Assembly: GCF_011386835.1 (NCBI RefSeq)
Contig: NC_088797.1
Span: forward strand, 84,258,001-84,322,000
Direction of reading: 5' to 3'
Length of the DNA stretch: 64,000 nt
From: Chrysemys picta bellii
Taxonomy: Eukaryota
Part shown: positions 60,768 through 64,000 of the stretch, piece after piece
Position numbering within the stretch: position 1 is the first letter of the stretch
How the letters are laid out: each line of letters begins with the position of its first letter
Notes under the pieces: generated by a model
What the model was told of the DNA's origin: nothing
The model's input: only the letters and a program-made list of their open reading frames with translations
Databases searched by the model: none
Made by a program: the position numbers and the translations under genes

Positions 60768-60807
60768 GCATCCGAAGAAGTGGGCTGTAGTCCACGAAAG
60801 CTTATGC
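60768..60807 (+). ncRNA. Minimal type-I hammerhead ribozyme motif (U4C core variant)
   Basis: GCAUCCGAAGAAGUGGGCUGUAGUCCACGAAAGCUUAUGC, identical to the minus-strand copy except for a CCGAAGA core. Confidence 0.6.
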
Positions 60808-61350
60808 TCTAATAAATTTGTTAGTCTCTAAGGTGCCACAAGTACTCCTGTTCTTCTTTTTGCGGATACAGACTAACACGGCTGCTACTCTGAAACCTGT
60901 CATTAGTAGAAGGACAGGCAGATAACTTTAGAAGAGATCTAAAGCAACCACTAAGGGCATGTGTTCGTAATATTCCTATTATGGAAATCAAAACAGACAG
61001 CACAGCTGTAAAGATTTCAATCAGGCTGTCTTTTTGAACATTAGTCTGCCATTCCAATTAATGCCCTGCACAGAGTCTGCTCTATGAAATCTGGAATTTC
61101 CTGTGAAGCAACAAGGGGCAGTGCAGCAGTAAAAACTACCATTGCACTTCTTTCACAGAGAACAGTAATATAACACCAAAAAACATGAACTGAAGATGTA
61201 AAGATCTCCAAAACTAGATGTACTCTGGGGGTCTCAGAGTACAATGGTTCTCATAAGGGATGCAACACTGTGCTGATTAAAGGTCACTGAACATCTGAGA
61301 AGGGAAGATGGAGATCTGATCAGATCCAAGGGTTTATGAAGGCAGCAAAA

Positions 61351-63555
61351 GAAAAAAAATGTTTATTCACCTTAATTGAAGTTTTAGTAGTTTATAAGAA
61401 CACACACTCTCCAAACATACCTCCCAACCTCTGCAAAACTTTGGCTACTGGGGGCTGTGAAGACTTCCACTTGAAGCTACAGAATATTTTAGGTAATGTT
61501 ATAAAAGGAGGCGTGGTGGCAATGGAGAGTAAGCCCTGTACTGTGCACTGACCATTTACTCAAAGAAATCCAATTACAGGTAAGCAACTTATTTTTCTTC
61601 TTTGAATATTGTTGCTGTCATTGGGAGATTGACAAGCATTGAGCTCTCTCTAAAGAAGTGAGTTTGACAAGAGTAATTCAACAATGACTGCAGAACTGCT
61701 TTCCCAAACATAAGATGATCAGTTTAAGTGTGTGGGGGGGGTCAAATTATTGAGGGGAAGCCTGGTACAATAGGTCTGCCTTCCAAGAATTTAGGAGTAT
61801 GGTGTCAATAATAAAGTCCCAATCAATTATGCCAGGAACTTATAAATTTGCACAGTCACTGGCTGACTGTGCCAGCATGTCAAACCAATCTACAATTTCC
61901 ATGAGTAGTGGAAGCTCAAAACCCTGCTACTCTGGAGAAAAGGTCTTGGAAGAGTTTAAAATCTTCTGGTGGAGACACAGATGTCTTTCATAACATCTTC
62001 CATGTATTTCATCTTCCTTATGGACATTATATATATTATTCATTAACCAACCATGGAACAGGAAAGACAGATACCTCAACAGGTTTCAAGGTTGACCTTT
62101 CAGGTGCATATGATGGAAAAACATTAGAAAGTCATCTCCACTCCTGTGCTACCTCACTCCATAACAAATAATACCACCTTGCTTTTACATAACACTTTTC
62201 ACCAGTAAATCTCAAAGCACTTCACAATTTTACAGATGGGAAAACTGAAGCACAGAGAGGTGATATGACTTGCCCAATATCATCCAGCAGGCCAGTGGGA
62301 AAGGCAAGAATAGAACCCAGGTTTCCCCAAGTCCAGCACTCTATCCACTAAGCAACGCGGTCATCTCTCTCAGAAAGGAGGTCTAATTTGAGAAGCAGGA
62401 AACCAAGGACCCCAACTCCATCTCACATGGCAACAAAGCAGACTCCAGAAACCCTCAGATCTGACATAAATGGGGAGTGTTTGGTGATGGGCTTCTACTC
62501 AGCTGAACAGACTATGAAGCCTATAATGGGAAAGAGTAAATATAGTCCTCCATGTCCTCCCTCGAGAACAAAGACCAAACTAGGAAAGGTAGCTTCACTG
62601 GAGAAGATTAGCTTTTACTTGGTACCAGGAGAGGAGACTTAGCCTTCTGAACTGGGAATAAAGACTTTTCCCTCTGAACTAGGCGCACCAAGAGCAGGAA
62701 CCTCTACTTCAGCATCTTACAGTTCCACCAATTGGTGCCAATTTTCCTGGAACTGCTACTCTCAAGGGGAAAAAAAGTGGGACTTTGCAATCTCCTTTTC
62801 TCACTCTTGATTCCGAGAAAACATGTTTTGGTGCTGAGCCCAATGCTACCTTTGGCTTCTCAGACCCTCTTATAACTGGACTTAGATTCACCCCAAGATC
62901 GGAACTTAGAAGACCTAGAGATAGTTCCAACTCTCCATTTACTCTGAAAGCTTTAAGAATTGTACTATCATGGACTTCAACAAAGATTCACAGCTCCTGC
63001 AGGCCTGGACAGTGAACATCATACATGGAACTTCTGCTGGGTAAATATCCTTCAGCAAGCAACAAAGGCTTTACCTATGGGGGATCTGTAATGGACATCT
63101 TGTCCCCACAAGAAGGGTGGTCCTTAAATGTAGTCTTATTCCAAAGTACTGTCAATACCACAGAAAATTAACTCAACTGGGTGAGTCAGGAGGACAGTTT
63201 CTAAGGAAGAAAAACATTTATCTGCCTAAGGATTTATGTAAAACATTAATCACTGTTCAATTAACTATTAAACTAAAAGCAGCCTAAAACAGGAAGATGA
63301 AAACCAAAAAGAGGCAGATGAATTGAAAGTCCAGAGACCAGAGAAGTTCAAACTTGCTGCTTTGGCAGCTGTAAAGAATCAAGGATGGGCAAGAGTCCTG
63401 TTTCCATATATAACTTGGCCTGGAATGTCCCACAGCTAGAGACAAAGCCTAAACTGCCCCCAAGAGTCTCAACTTTTTTGGAAAGTTTCCAGGCTTTGGT
63501 GCAGTGTACAGGCACACCTCAAAAGTAGGTCTCTCCGCTAATAATATTTGAAATT
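61351..63555 (-). mobile_element. Ancient, internally deleted DIRS1-like remnant #5
   Basis: Terminus GAAAAAAAATGTTTATTCACCTTAA, ICR-like CAAAGAAATCCAATTACAGGTAAGCAACTTATTTTTCTTCTTTGAATA, gag Zn-finger remnant (FKDHPSCGDKMSITDPH..LCCL) at ~63030-63150 and PEDFKLFQDL at ~61950. Confidence 0.6.
62170..62355 (+). mobile_element. MIR/CORE-like SINE
   Basis: TTTTACAGATGGGAAAACTGAAGCACAGAGAGGTGATATGACTTGCCCAA...AGAATAGAACCCAGG core. Confidence 0.75.
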
Positions 63556-63614
63556 AAGGATTCAACTGGCTCTCCACATCAAATCTCAGGCACGGACGCC
63601 CCATAATATTTCAT

Positions 63615-63783
63615 GATATAGCTCAGTGGTTTGAGCATTGGCCTGCTAAACCCAGGGTTGTCAGTTTGAGGGGGCCATTTAGGGATCTGGGGCAAAAATC
63701 TGTCTGGGGATTGGTCCTGCTTTGAGCAGGGGTTGGACTAGATGACCTCCTGAGGTCCCTTCCAACCCTGATATTCTAGGATT
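63615..63783 (+). mobile_element. Tortoise Pol III SINE (tRNA-derived head plus CR1 3' tail)
   Basis: ATAGCTCAGTGGTTTGAGCATTGGCCTGCTAAACCCAGGGTTG...GGACTAGATGACCTCCTGAGGTCCCTTCCAACCCTGATATTCTA. The B-box region is deleted. Confidence 0.9.
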
Positions 63784-64000
63784 TTATTTTTTTAAATTGT
63801 TATTAAATATACATAGTGCACAAATGGCCCAAACAAGATAGAGGCCTGAATACGGTAGATGTTGCACGCACACACACACACACGCACACACACACTCCTT
63901 GCCCCAAAGAGCATATAAAGACAAAATGCAATGACAGAGTAATGACAGAGTAGTGAACTAAAGAAAGGGGGAAAGAAAGACTATGATAGCTAATAAGACA

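Larger units (their letters stand above)
60663..60898. mobile_element. Penelope-like element terminus as a head-to-head inverted duplication
   Basis: 92-bp arms at 60663-60754 and 60765-60856 (91/92 identical, 10-nt loop). The motif GTGGCACCTTAGAGACTAAC...AAGCTTTCGTGG...GATACAGACTAACACGGCTGCTACTCTGAAAC is typical of turtle Penelope ends. Confidence 0.85.

Noticed and set aside
63615-63680. Possible tRNA gene
   Set aside because: It is a SINE head with a deleted B box, followed directly by a CR1-derived tail.

Overview
Vertebrate genomic DNA, almost certainly turtle (tortoise-type Pol III SINE, turtle-type CR1, hAT, Harbinger and DIRS repeats). Most ORF-track entries are spurious because the real genes are spliced. 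Two convergent genes were reconstructed by hand. (1) A complete 4-exon COX5B-family gene on + (CDS 7647-14047, 124 aa, CpG-island promoter, 51-bp G-rich minisatellite in intron 1), probably a COX5B2-type paralog. (2) The last 11 coding exons of HERC4 on - (59402 down to 16331, 455 codons, HECT domain, including the 24-nt DINHGLTE microexon). About half of the HERC4 span is five DIRS1-like tyrosine-recombinase retrotransposons with diverged termini, whose ITRs and internal complementary regions (ICR) can be mapped. Most notable observations: a ~100-bp copy of a HERC4 exon/intron junction inserted into a DIRS element 6.4 kb away with its splice acceptor inactivated; a 92-bp-arm Penelope palindrome carrying a minimal hammerhead ribozyme motif on each strand; a GAA/TTC recombination core readable from two DIRS copies; and a splice-donor-like motif near the 3' end of every DIRS copy. 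All assignments come from reading the sequence and recalled family knowledge; no database search was run.
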